NCBI GenBank assembly: GCA_963822445.1
Contig: CAWGHO010000002.1
Coordinates: 2,304,001-2,368,000 of the forward strand
DNA length: 64,000 nucleotides
Source: an uncultured Acidobacteriota bacterium
Lineage (GTDB): Bacteria; Acidobacteriota; Thermoanaerobaculia; Gp7-AA8
Reading direction: 5' to 3'
The notes beneath the pieces were generated by a model, which worked only from the letters and a program-made list of their open reading frames with translations, had not been told where the DNA came from and searched no databases. The position numbers and the translations under genes were made by a program. Below are positions 39,547-49,295 of the stretch, piece after piece; position 1 is the stretch's first letter, and every line of letters begins with the position of its first letter.

Positions 39547-41227
39547 CTACCTCCATCTCCACGCGATTCCGGCCGCTCTCTTTCGCGCGATAAAGCAGTG
39601 AATCCGCCGCGGCGAGAGCGGCCGCGGCGTCGTATCGTTCGGTGACCCAGACGCCGAGGCTGATGGTGATCTGCAGGTCTTCGGCGATGGACGAGAAGTC
39701 CAGCGACTCCACCGCTGTTCGCAGGCGCTCCGCGATCTCGCGAGCCTGCGTGACGGATGCGTCGTGCAGGACGACCAGGAACTCTTCACCGCCGGTACGG
39801 CCGATGAGATCCGCTGGCCGCAGCGCCATGCGGCAGGTGTGGGCGATCGTGCGCAGAACCAGGTCGCCGTCGGCGTGGCCGTACGTGTCGTTGATCCGCT
39901 TGAAGCGATCGATGTCGAACACGATGACCGTTGCCGGACGGTGGTCGCGCTTCGCAGCGGCAAAGGCGAGATCGAGCGCGGTCAGGATGTGACGCCGGTT
40001 CGGAAGGCGGGTGAGCTCGTCGGTCATGGCCATCGACCGCATGCGCCGCGTGTTCACGACCTGCCGCCAGAAGAGGATGGCCAGCGTGACCGCGAGCAAC
40101 GCCGTCAGCGCGATCACCGCAATCTGCAGATTCTGATTGCGGTTCGCGGCGTCCAACGCGGTTGCGCGAAGTGCGTTCTCGCGCGCGAGGGCGCGGTTCT
40201 CCTGTTCTTTTTTCTCCGCGTCGAACTCGACGCGCAGCCGCGACGAGAGTTCATCGCGGCGCGAAGCGGCGAGCTCCTGCTGGATCGCGCCGTGCCGCCG
40301 GCGAAACTCGTAGGCGTTACGCCAGTCGCCGAGCTGCTCGTACGCGAGCGCGGTCTCATCGACGTTTCGCTCGAGAAATCGCGAGTTGCCCTGACTTTCG
40401 AAGTGAACCCGGGCCGCCGCGAGCTCGCGAATGGCCTCGGCGGACCGCCCGAGGCGGCGATAGGCGATGCCGCGGAATTGCCGCGCCGAAGCGAGTTGTC
40501 CCGGTGCGCGCTCCTTTTCGTAAAAGCCGACCGCCGCGTCCAGATGCGGCAAGGCCTCACCGGCCCGCCCCAGCTTCACCAGCGTGGAGCCGAGCGACCG
40601 CCGGGTGAACGCGATGTCGTCCTGACGGCCCAGCCTTTCGAATGCTGCAATTGCGCGGCGGTAGTTGAACTCCGCCGCGGCCAGGTCGCCCTTGGTCTCG
40701 TTCGTCGCGCCGATGTTGTAGAGCGTGTCGGCGACGTCACTGGGCTGGCCGTGCTGCTCGTAGCCTTCGAGCAACTGCCGGTAGTACTCGAGGGCCAGGT
40801 CGTACTGCGCGACCTGCGCGTCGGCGTAAACGTTGGCCATGTCGGAAAGGCAGTCCAGCTGCTCTTTCTGCCGCCCCAGACGAACGTTGGTGCGATAGGC
40901 GGTCTGCAGGTTGGTGAGCGCATCCGCCATCTGGCCGCGCGCGTATTGAAGCGTACCCAGGTGCATGATCGCGTCGGCTTCGAGCGCCGCATCACCAGCT
41001 TTCCGAGCCAGCACCGCAGCATCGCGGTAGTCGCGCTCTGCCTCGGCATCCCGCCCGTCGATGGCGCGTTTCTCTGCGCGACATCCGATCAATCTGGCCT
41101 GCAGGCGGATGTCGCCGGCGCGCTGCGCTGCCGTGAGGCCCGCGGAGACAGCGCGGTCCGCGGTCGCGGAGTCTTTCGCCGACTCACACGACGCGAGTTG
41201 AAGGAGAAAAGCCAGGACGAGTGCCAC
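39524..41227 (-). CDS. TPR-containing diguanylate cyclase
   Basis: Periplasmic TPRs, TM, TDELTRLPNRR, DIDRFKRINDTYGH, GGEEF. Confidence 0.93.
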   Translation of the reverse strand: MALVLAFLLQLASCESAKDSATADRAVSAGLTAAQRAGDIRLQARLIGCRAEKRAIDGRDAEAERDYRDAAVLARKAGDAALEADAIMHLGTLQYARGQMADALTNLQTAYRTNVRLGRQKEQLDCLSDMANVYADAQVAQYDLALEYYRQLLEGYEQHGQPSDVADTLYNIGATNETKGDLAAAEFNYRRAIAAFERLGRQDDIAFTRRSLGSTLVKLGRAGEALPHLDAAVGFYEKERAPGQLASARQFRGIAYRRLGRSAEAIRELAAARVHFESQGNSRFLERNVDETALAYEQLGDWRNAYEFRRRHGAIQQELAASRRDELSSRLRVEFDAEKKEQENRALARENALRATALDAANRNQNLQIAVIALTALLAVTLAILFWRQVVNTRRMRSMAMTDELTRLPNRRHILTALDLAFAAAKRDHRPATVIVFDIDRFKRINDTYGHADGDLVLRTIAHTCRMALRPADLIGRTGGEEFLVVLHDASVTQAREIAERLRTAVESLDFSSIAEDLQITISLGVWVTERYDAAAALAAADSLLYRAKESGRNRVEMEVATPPTSR

Positions 41228-41241
41228 TCGTCCTTAGTGTC

Positions 41242-41466
41242 TCATTCGTCGTCTTCCCACTTCAGCTGGAACTCCAGCTCGTGCTCGCCGCCGGCGCGTT
41301 CGTGCTCGATGTTGAATGTCGCATCGGCGGCGATGCGCAGGCGCTCGCCGCCGACCTGGATCGTGAACGCGCGCTTCGTCTCGATGGCATCGGCGAGGCG
41401 GCGCAGCTTCGCCACGAACTGCGCGCGGGGATAGGTCTTCTCGAGATCGCGACTGCGCTTCTTCAT
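41242..41466 (-). CDS. Amphi-Trp domain protein
   Basis: LRRLADAIE...IEHER...ELEFQLKW. Confidence 0.85.
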   Translation of the reverse strand: MKKRSRDLEKTYPRAQFVAKLRRLADAIETKRAFTIQVGGERLRIAADATFNIEHERAGGEHELEFQLKWEDDE

Positions 41467-41930
41467 CCCTTCCTCACTGTGACCGTGGTCGTGGCGCTGG
41501 TCGGGCTGCCGGTGTCGTCGACCGCTTCGACCTTCAGCTCCGCGGAGATGCCGCCGAAGAGGCGCTCGTCCGGGACGTCTTTCCGCGGCGTGAAGCGATA
41601 GCGCAGCTCGCCGTGCGCGTTGATGGTCGTGCTGAATCCGAGGGCGCGGATCCGGTCCGCGTTCCAGCTTTCCTCGCCGACGCTGAATCCGCCGGGCGCG
41701 AAGACGGTGGCGGTGACGCGATTGACCGTGACAGGCCGGCCGCCCGTTTCGCGGACCACGACGTCGAATGCGAAGTCGTACGTGTCACCGGAGACGTGTC
41801 TGGCGACGATCGGATTGGGCACGACCTGAATGGAGATCGCTCCTTGGCCGGGAGCGCCGGTGATGCTGTCCCGCGGACCTGAGCTGCAGGCCGCGAGGGC
41901 GATCACGAGGATGGGAAGGAGTTTTCTCAT
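41463..41930 (-). CDS. Hypothetical lipoprotein
   Basis: Lipobox LAAC; beta-rich. Confidence 0.75.
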   Translation of the reverse strand: MRKLLPILVIALAACSSGPRDSITGAPGQGAISIQVVPNPIVARHVSGDTYDFAFDVVVRETGGRPVTVNRVTATVFAPGGFSVGEESWNADRIRALGFSTTINAHGELRYRFTPRKDVPDERLFGGISAELKVEAVDDTGSPTSATTTVTVRKG

Positions 41931-42433
41931 TTCATCTCCACCACGCCGCAGGCGATGCGGCCGCCGGCGTTGCCGGTTGGCTGCGTCGTCAGATCGTCGG
42001 GATTGGCGTGAAGGATGACGGCGTGTCCGACCGCGGAGCTCGCGCCCGCTTCGACAGTGACCGAACGGGTGGTGAAGGTCTCCCGGACCGTTCCGCTGGC
42101 GTCGGCAGTGACGTTGCCGAAGTCGCCGGCATGGTGCGGGTCGCCCTGCGGCGCGCCGTGTCCCGTTCCCATCGGATTGAAGTGACCGCCGGCGGCATTG
42201 CCGTTGTCGCCGCAGTCGCCTTTGTCATGCACGTGGAAGCCGTGAACTCCCGGCGGTACGCCGGTGAGGTCGACCGAGACTTCGACGGCGCCGCCGGCGA
42301 GCTGAACGAACCGAACGGTGCCCTGCGCGGTCGAGCCGGTGGTCGGCATCAGGGTCGCGGTGGCGGTGGGACGCATCGTGGTTGCGCAGGCGAGGAAAAT
42401 CATCGAGACTACGAGTACGGCAAACTTCTTCAT
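41927..42433 (-). CDS. sodC: Cu/Zn superoxide dismutase (lipoprotein)
   Basis: HGFHVH, GGHFNP, HAGDFGN, ILHANPDD, GNAGGRIACG. Confidence 0.95.
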   Translation of the reverse strand: MKKFAVLVVSMIFLACATTMRPTATATLMPTTGSTAQGTVRFVQLAGGAVEVSVDLTGVPPGVHGFHVHDKGDCGDNGNAAGGHFNPMGTGHGAPQGDPHHAGDFGNVTADASGTVRETFTTRSVTVEAGASSAVGHAVILHANPDDLTTQPTGNAGGRIACGVVEMK

Positions 42434-43050
42434 GAACCCTCCACTTTCAAAACGATGGTGACCTTCGTGCCCGCGGGCGGAAGGCGTTCCGGGACGGATG
42501 CATAGACGACGCCGTCGCGGACGTAGTCCCGGATCGGATGGGCGTGATTGCCGATCGCGCCGCCGGGGCAGGAGTAGAGACAGACGATGCAGCCGGACTT
42601 GAATTCTTTCTGGTAGCGTTCGTTGCCGCCGTAGCGGAAGTCGAGCGAGGGGTTGGTGCGGCGTTTCTCCTGAATGAGGCGGCCGAGGGGCGTGCGGCGG
42701 CTGTTCCATTCGACGTAAACCTCGATGCGCGAGCCCTCGACGCGCTTGTCCGGCTCCGGGTTGCGCTTGTCGTTGCGCGCGTTCCAGGCATCGGGCGTGA
42801 GGTTCTCGCCGCGGCGCGCGCCGAGAGAATCGAGCGCGACGCGAACGTCGTGATCGCTCGCTTCGCTCACGAACAACGCCCAGCGCTGCGAGCCGCCGCC
42901 CTTCCAGACGATGGCGTGGTGGCCCTTCACGCCGAAGGGACGCTTCATGGCGTTGGGCTGGACGGTGGCGGTGAAGCGGACCTCGCGGGTCGGGCGGTCA
43001 ACGACGACCGACGGTGTGGCGAGAAGGAGTATCAAAGCTACTGCGACCAC
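42430..43050 (-). CDS. YdjY-like domain protein
   Basis: Signal-like start, FRYGGN, SGCIVCLYSCPGG. Confidence 0.7.
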   Translation of the reverse strand: MVAVALILLLATPSVVVDRPTREVRFTATVQPNAMKRPFGVKGHHAIVWKGGGSQRWALFVSEASDHDVRVALDSLGARRGENLTPDAWNARNDKRNPEPDKRVEGSRIEVYVEWNSRRTPLGRLIQEKRRTNPSLDFRYGGNERYQKEFKSGCIVCLYSCPGGAIGNHAHPIRDYVRDGVVYASVPERLPPAGTKVTIVLKVEGS

Positions 43051-44469
43051 GCGGCGACCTTTTTCCCCAGCCCGCCCAGCCAGCTCGCGGCGACATCCTG
43101 GTAGTAGAGCGACGCCGCTTTCTGCACGCCATCCGCGAGCGACGGATACGAGGAGATCCGCTGCGCGAGGTCGCCGATCTTCATGCCCTTGCGTCTCGCA
43201 AGCACGATCTCGTAGATCACCGTCGATGCGTTCGCGCACGAGCGCGTGGCCGCCGAGGATGTTTCCTTTCGCGTCGCAGACGATCTTGATCAGGCCCGCG
43301 GGTGTGCGATCGACGACGGCGCGGTCGACATCCGCCATCTCCACCTTGTACGTCCGCACCTCATCGCCATGTTTCGCCCGCGCTTCGGCTTCCGTCATGC
43401 CGACGTGGCCGACTTCCGGATCGGTGTAGAGCGCCCAGGGGATGTCGGTGTAATCGACAGCGGATTTGCCGGGGAAGAGCATGTTCCGCACGAGCTTCAC
43501 CGCCTCGTACGCGGCGACGTGCGTGAACTGCAGGCCGCCGTGTACGTCACCGCACGCCCAGACGCGCGGCACGGTGGTCTGCAGGAACTTGTCGACCACG
43601 ATCCAGGAGCGCTCGACTTTCACGCCCGCGTCCTCGAGGCCGAGGTTCTCGGTGTTGCCGCGGCGTCCGGAGGCGACGAAGACCTCGTCGACGGTGATCT
43701 CGCGGGACTGGCCGCTCTTCGTCTCGATCCGTCGCGACTTTCTTCGACCCCTCGCGCCCGCACGGACTTCACCGCCCAGCCGGTGAGGAGCTCGATGCCC
43801 TCGTCGGCGCAGGATCTGCCGCACGCGCGCGATCACGTCCGCGTCTTCCTTGTTGATGATCTCGTCGAGCATTTCCACGACGGTGACGCGCACGCCGAAC
43901 CGGGCGAAGAGCTGGGCGAACTCGATGCCGATGTAGCCGCCGCCGAGGATCAGCAGCGATTCGGGGAAGGCGTCCTGATTGAGGAAGGAGACGTGATCGA
44001 GAAAGCCCGCTTCCTTCAGGCCTTCGACCGGCGGAACGGAGGTGCGTGCGCCCGTGGCGATGACGATGTCCTTCGCGGTCAGCTTTCGTCCCGCGACCTC
44101 GACTTCGTTGCGCGAAACGAGACGGGCCGCGCCTTCGATGACGTCGATGCCCAGCTTGCGGAATTTCTCGGGATCGTCGTGCCGGCTGATGACGCGGCGC
44201 TGCTCGCGCATCGATTCCATGATCGAGCGCGGCGTGACCTTCGGCGTGACTGGCTCGAGCCCCCACGCAGCGGCGTTCCGCATCTGATGGGCGAGCTTCG
44301 CCGTCGCGACCAGGGCCTTCGTTGGAACGCAGCCGGTCCAGAGGCAGTCGCCGCCGAGGGCGTCGCGCTCGATCAGGGCGACTTTGCGTCCCAGCCGCGC
44401 GCAACCGGAGGCGGTGACCAGGCCGGCGGTGCCGCCGCCGATCACGACTACGTCGAAGGGTTCGGACAT
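43038..44469 (-). CDS. Pyridine nucleotide-disulfide oxidoreductase (Lpd/MerA-like); apparent frameshifts ~43810, ~43750, ~43235
   Basis: IGGGTAG, GGDCLWTGCVPTK, GGGYIG, ACGD, QFTH, YTDPE. Confidence 0.85.
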
Positions 44470-44481
44470 CGGACGAAGTCT

Positions 44482-44587
44482 AGCGGAACGCCGCCGTCGC
44501 GGCGGCTGTTGCGCCGACGTCCCGCGCCGGCACCATGGAGAGCCGGCGGGACGCCGGCGGACCAGCCGGCGAGACGCCAGCGCTCCA
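44482..44587. repeat. GC-rich REP-like element
   Basis: GCCGGCGGGACGCCGGC and GCCGGCGAGACGCCAGCGCTCC hairpins; related short copy at 58139-58166. Confidence 0.65.
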
Positions 44588-44592
44588 CTTGA

Positions 44593-44662
44593 AGAGTCGC
44601 AGAGTCTCAAAGTCGCAAAGTCTCAAAGAGAAAACCTCTGAGACTCTGAGACTTTGCGACTT
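44593..44662. repeat. Inverted 8-mer tandem-repeat element (ARAGTCKC / GMGACTYT)
   Basis: 4 units then 3 reverse-complement units. Confidence 0.88.
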
Positions 44663-45066
44663 CATGGCACGTACACCGTAACTTGTCGCTCGCGGGGCCC
44701 ATCGAGCTCGACAAAGTAAACCCCCTGCCACGTGCCGAGGATGAGGTTGCCGCGCTTGTAAGGCCAGGTCAGCGACGACCCGATCAGCATCGACAGAAAG
44801 TGTGCGTCCGAGTTGCCCTCGCCATGCCGGAAATTCACGGAAGGGACGGCCGCGCGGAGGGCATTGACCAGGTCGCGGGGGACGTCGGGATCGGCGTTCT
44901 CGTTCACCGAGATCGCGCAGGTGGTGTGCGGGACGACGATCGTGCAGACCCCGTCGCCGGAGGTGAGGGTGGCCAGGGCCTCATCGACCAGCCTGGTGAT
45001 GACGATGATCTGCTCCCGCTCGCTGGTGCGGACGCGGAACGTCGTCTCCTTCATCTTCTGGATCAT
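44662..45066 (-). CDS. YjbQ/UPF0047 family protein
   Basis: PHTTCAISVNENADPDV, HGEGNSDAH, LGTWQGVYFVELDGPR. Confidence 0.92.
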   Translation of the reverse strand: MIQKMKETTFRVRTSEREQIIVITRLVDEALATLTSGDGVCTIVVPHTTCAISVNENADPDVPRDLVNALRAAVPSVNFRHGEGNSDAHFLSMLIGSSLTWPYKRGNLILGTWQGVYFVELDGPRERQVTVYVP

Positions 45067-45110
45067 ATAATTGCGCGCACAGCAGTCATTTATTTGGTCA
45101 AGTAACCCCA

Positions 45111-46673
45111 ATGGCATTCTTCTGCATCCACTGCAAGTCGGAGATCGACCCAAAGTTCAAGGCCTGTCCGTTTTGCGGCGAGGCGATCACCGATTTCCTG
45201 AGGCGCCACCTCGAAGCCCCCATCGACGGCAAGTACCAGATCCTCTCCCGCCTCGGCGTCGGCGGCATGGGCGAGGTCTACAAAGTCCTGCACGTGCACC
45301 TCAACTCGATCCGGGTGATCAAGTTGATGCGCTCGCAGATCGCGGGCGACACCGGCGCGAACGAACGCTTCCTCCGCGAGGCCCGCCTGGCCACGCGCAT
45401 CAATCACCCCAGCGTGGCGACGCTCTTCGACTTCTCCACGCTCGAAGACGGCTCGCACTACATGGTCTGGGAGTACATCGAGGGCATCAACCTCCACGAG
45501 CTGATCGATCAGCGCGGGCCGCTCTCGCCGAAGTACGCTGCGCAGCTCGCGGCCCAGGCCCTTCACGGACTCGACGCCATTCACCGCGCGGGCATCGTCC
45601 ACCGCGACATCAGCCCCGAGAACCTCATGATCACCCGCGACGCGGAAGGGGAAGAGCGCGTCAAAGTCATCGACCTCGGCATCGCCAAGCAGTGGGATAC
45701 CGAGGACAACAAGACCAAGACCGGGATGTTCGTGGGCAAGTGGAAGTACTGCTCGCCCGAACATCTGGGCATGCTCGCCGCGGGCGAGCGCATCGACGGC
45801 CGCGCCGATCTCTACTCCTTCGGCATCGTGCTGTACGAGATGCTCACCGGCGTGCCGCCGTTCCAGGCCGATACGCCGCACGCCTATCTGCTGATGCATT
45901 CGAACGAGCGGCCGAAGGCGCTGCGCGCAGTGAATCCGAGCGTGACCGCGCCGCCGGAGCTCGAGGCGGTGATCCTCCGTGCGCTGGAGAAAGACCGCAG
46001 CAAGCGATTCGCGACCGCGCGGGAGTTCGCGCAGGCCATCGAGCGGCTGATGCCGACGCTTTCCGAAGATGCCGGCGCGCCGCCGCCGCTGCCGCTCGAG
46101 GCAGAGGTCACGAACGAAGCGACGCGCGTCATTCCGCGGCCGGGCGATGCGGCGACGATCGTCTCCACCGCGCACGACGCCGTGACGATCGCGACGACCG
46201 TCCCACGGGAAGAGTCGCCGGTCGCCGCGGAACCGGAACCGAAGAAGCGCCGGCCCACGCTCGCCATCGCGGCGCTGCTGTTGATCGTTTTCGCGATCGC
46301 GGTTTGGGTGGTGACGCGACCGAAGCCCGAACCGGCGCCGGTTGCGGCGGCGGTACCGGCTGCACCGAAGATCGACACGACTGCCGTTCCCGTCGCCGCG
46401 GCACACCTCGGCATCAACGCATTTCCCTGGGCCAAGGTGACGAGCATCCGCAATCTCGACAACGGCCAGGACGTCGAGCTGCAGAAGGACCTTCTGACGC
46501 CGACCCCGATCGACCTCGCGCCGGGTCGTTATGAGATCACGCTGTCGAATCCGAATTACGACGAGCCGTTGAAGCGCACCGTCGCTGTCGAAGCGGGCCG
46601 CGACGAGATGCTGCACGTTTACTTCACCGAGCCGAATCGCGCCACGGTTCCCGATTTCGGAGGAGCGGAGTGA
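45111..46673 (+). CDS. Hanks-type Ser/Thr kinase (N-terminal zinc ribbon, TM, PEGA-like C-terminus)
   Basis: CxxC..CxxC, GVGGMG, HRDISPEN, DLG, SPE. Confidence 0.93.
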   Translation: MAFFCIHCKSEIDPKFKACPFCGEAITDFLRRHLEAPIDGKYQILSRLGVGGMGEVYKVLHVHLNSIRVIKLMRSQIAGDTGANERFLREARLATRINHPSVATLFDFSTLEDGSHYMVWEYIEGINLHELIDQRGPLSPKYAAQLAAQALHGLDAIHRAGIVHRDISPENLMITRDAEGEERVKVIDLGIAKQWDTEDNKTKTGMFVGKWKYCSPEHLGMLAAGERIDGRADLYSFGIVLYEMLTGVPPFQADTPHAYLLMHSNERPKALRAVNPSVTAPPELEAVILRALEKDRSKRFATAREFAQAIERLMPTLSEDAGAPPPLPLEAEVTNEATRVIPRPGDAATIVSTAHDAVTIATTVPREESPVAAEPEPKKRRPTLAIAALLLIVFAIAVWVVTRPKPEPAPVAAAVPAAPKIDTTAVPVAAAHLGINAFPWAKVTSIRNLDNGQDVELQKDLLTPTPIDLAPGRYEITLSNPNYDEPLKRTVAVEAGRDEMLHVYFTEPNRATVPDFGGAE

Positions 46674-47983
46674 AACGCGCGCTCTTCCTCCTCGCCTTCG
46701 CCGTCACGACCTTCGCGGCGCCACCTGAAAAATGGTGGGCGAACTATCAAAAAGGCGTGGCCGCGGTGAACGGGCGAAACTACAAAGCGGGCGCGGACGC
46801 GCTGGCGGCGGCAATTGCCGAGCGTCCCACCGAGGGCACATCGATCCGCGTCGGCAATCAGATCGTCACCTACACCCCCCACTTCTTCCTCGGCATCGCC
46901 AAATTCAACCTCGGCGAAGTCGACGCCGCGCTGCGCGAGTGGCGGATCTCCGAGGAGCAGGGGGCGATCACGCGGACCGAGTACTACTCGAACCTGAAGG
47001 ATTGGGTCGCGCGCGCGCAGACCGAGAAGCAGCGGAACGCGCAGAGCGCGGCGTCCGGTCCGAAGAAGTCGGCCGATGCGGCGATCAGCCGGGCCGTAGC
47101 ATTGCAGCTCGACGCGTTGTCGGCAGGCGGCGACCGCACCGAGAGTTACCGTAATGCCGTCCGCAAACTGCAGGAAGCGGTGGGCGAGTTTCACAAAGCG
47201 GGAACGGACATCGCCGCATACAAGTCCGCCGAGAACAGCGCGACACAGGCGATCAATCTCTTCAGCGCCGCCGCTGATGAAGCGAAGAAGCTGAAGGCCA
47301 CGCAGGCCGCGCGTCCCGCGCCGGTGAAACCGCAGCCGCAGCCCGTGCAGCAGAAACCGGCCGCGCCGATCGTGCAGACGCCGCCGCCGCTGCCGGTGAA
47401 AAGCGAGGCGCAAGCCGCCGCGGAAATCGCCGTGCAGGCCCTCAGCCGCGATGCGAAAGGGGAGGACGCGAAGGAAGCGGAGTCGCTCCGCAACCAACTC
47501 GCCGCCGCGAAAACTGACGCCGAGTTTCAGCGCATCATCAAGACGGCGAACGATCGCTCCGCAGAAATTGCGAGGAAGATCGCCGAAGCCAACGCTCCAA
47601 AGCCCAAGGCCAGCAACCCAGCAACCCAGGAACCCAGCAACCCCATCCCCGCAACCCCGGAACCCCGCAACCCCGTAACCCAACGGAATTTCGATTCCGA
47701 TCTCCGCAAGGCTTATCGCGCCTTCGCCTCCGGCGATCTCGCCACCGCGGAGCAGGTCCTGACGCGCGTGCTCGGTGAAGGTGCCGGCCCCGAGGCGTAT
47801 GTCCTTCGCGGCTGTGCGCGCTACACGCGGGCCATGCTCTCGCGCACGCCCGACGTGCTGCTCACCGGCGCGCTGGCGGATTTCAAATCGGCGCTCGCCC
47901 AAAACCGCGGCTTGAAGCTCGATCCGCAGGCGTTCTCCCCGAAGCTCGTCGCCTATTTCGAGCAGGTGCGGAACGGCCGGTGA
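46670..47983 (+). CDS. Secreted TPR-like helical protein
   Basis: Signal peptide, YTPHFFLG, C-terminal EAYVLRG..FSPK; GTGA overlap with kinase. Confidence 0.8.
   Translation: MKRALFLLAFAVTTFAAPPEKWWANYQKGVAAVNGRNYKAGADALAAAIAERPTEGTSIRVGNQIVTYTPHFFLGIAKFNLGEVDAALREWRISEEQGAITRTEYYSNLKDWVARAQTEKQRNAQSAASGPKKSADAAISRAVALQLDALSAGGDRTESYRNAVRKLQEAVGEFHKAGTDIAAYKSAENSATQAINLFSAAADEAKKLKATQAARPAPVKPQPQPVQQKPAAPIVQTPPPLPVKSEAQAAAEIAVQALSRDAKGEDAKEAESLRNQLAAAKTDAEFQRIIKTANDRSAEIARKIAEANAPKPKASNPATQEPSNPIPATPEPRNPVTQRNFDSDLRKAYRAFASGDLATAEQVLTRVLGEGAGPEAYVLRGCARYTRAMLSRTPDVLLTGALADFKSALAQNRGLKLDPQAFSPKLVAYFEQVRNGR
47611..47681. repeat. 8-mer tandem repeats (CAGCAACC then CCGYAACC) inside CDS
   Basis: Encodes SNPATQEPSNPIPATPEPRNPVT. 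Confidence 0.85.
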
Positions 47984-48909
47984 CGCCGGACCGGATCCGT
48001 GACGCGGCGGCGCGTCTGGCAAAGTACGCGCGGCCGACGCCGCTGGTGCGCTCGCTGCTGTTGTCCCGCGAGCTCGCCTGCAATCTGTGGGTGAAGAACG
48101 AGACCGTCTCGCCGATCGCATCGTTCAAGTGGCGCGGCGCGCTCACCGCCATCGACGGCTCGAGCGACGTCGTCACCTCCTCGACCGGCAATCATGGACA
48201 GGGCGTGGCCTGGGCCGCGAGCGTCATGGGCGTGCGCGCGCATGTCTTCCTGCCTCGCGGCGCCAATCCGATCAAGCGCGCGAAGATCGAGCTCCTCGGC
48301 GCAACCCTTCACGACATCGGCAACGACCTCGACGAGGCGAAGGACGCCGCGATCGCGTTCGCCGCCGCGGAGAAGCTGCCGATGATCGATGACGGCGAGA
48401 GCGAGGAGGTGATCACCGGCGCGGGAACGGTCGGGCTGGAGATCGCGAATGAGCTCAGTCCCGACGTGATCTTCGTGCCGATGGGCAGCGGGTCCCTCGC
48501 CAGCGGCGTGGCCATCGCCGCGCCGAACGCGCGGGTCGTCGCCGTGCAGTCGAAGGGAGCGCCGGCGATGGTGGAGAGCTTTCACGCGCGGCGTGCGATC
48601 GAGCGGCCCATCGACACGATCGCCGATGGCCTGGTCAGCCGCGTGCCGGCGAAGCTCGCCCTCGATGCGCTGCTCGAGCACGTCGACGACGCAATGTCCC
48701 TTTCCGACGAAGAACTGCTCGCCGCGGCGCGCAAGATGATTCTCGGCGCGCACATCCTCGTCGAACCGTCAGGAGCGGCCGGTCTGGCCGCGGCGATGTT
48801 GCGACGTGACGAGATTCGCGAGAAGACGGTCGTGGTGATTGCAACGGGAGCAAACGTGACCGCGGAGGTGTTCGCGCGACTTCACTTGCTGGACGGGCGG
48901 GGGCCGTAA
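47980..48909 (+). CDS. PLP-dependent threonine/serine dehydratase
   Basis: SFKWRGA, STGNHGQG, PMGSGSL, VEPSGA. Confidence 0.92.
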   Translation: MTPDRIRDAAARLAKYARPTPLVRSLLLSRELACNLWVKNETVSPIASFKWRGALTAIDGSSDVVTSSTGNHGQGVAWAASVMGVRAHVFLPRGANPIKRAKIELLGATLHDIGNDLDEAKDAAIAFAAAEKLPMIDDGESEEVITGAGTVGLEIANELSPDVIFVPMGSGSLASGVAIAAPNARVVAVQSKGAPAMVESFHARRAIERPIDTIADGLVSRVPAKLALDALLEHVDDAMSLSDEELLAAARKMILGAHILVEPSGAAGLAAAMLRRDEIREKTVVVIATGANVTAEVFARLHLLDGRGP

Positions 48910-49274
48910 AGGCTGCCGCGGTCCAGCAGGTCGTAGTTCGCCTTCCACATGAAGATCCTGCCGGCCGCCCTGAAGCCGGCCTCTTCATCGACCAGCTCGT
49001 AAATCGTGCCTCTTCCGGTTTCATCGTCGCGGTAGGTCACTGTCAATCGCTGGTTCGGCCAGACGACGGGGCCGGAAATGCGGTCGCAGTCGGCAAGCGA
49101 GAGCACGACGTTGTTCTTGCCCATCGCGTCGCCGACGAGGACCTCGAAGAGGCTGTGGCTGACCGTGAAAAGCCACCATCGGCAGCCGTTCGATGCGTGC
49201 TCTGCAAGCGCCTCGTTGGCAGTGCGCACCGAGGCGGCGAGTCTGGCTTCGATTTCGGGATCGCGCATCACCAT
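48882..49274 (-). CDS. Hypothetical protein
   Basis: Protein-like 3' part of ORF 48882..49709; fills the gap between genes. Confidence 0.6.
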   Translation of the reverse strand: MVMRDPEIEARLAASVRTANEALAEHASNGCRWWLFTVSHSLFEVLVGDAMGKNNVVLSLADCDRISGPVVWPNQRLTVTYRDDETGRGTIYELVDEEAGFRAAGRIFMWKANYDLLDRGSLYGPRPSSK

Positions 49275-49295
49275 GGGCTCGATGATAATCGCCGG

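Noticed and set aside
43038-44469. merA call
   Set aside because: No C-terminal Cys-Cys pair, no NmerA domain and no mer operon context
42430-44610. 726-aa reductase-YdjY fusion in the ORF track
   Set aside because: Artefact of a frameshift near 43235; the reductase C-terminus is in ORF 43038-43220 with its own stop
8924-44662. Repeat arrays as CRISPR
   Set aside because: Units are 7-8 nt with no unique spacers and no cas genes
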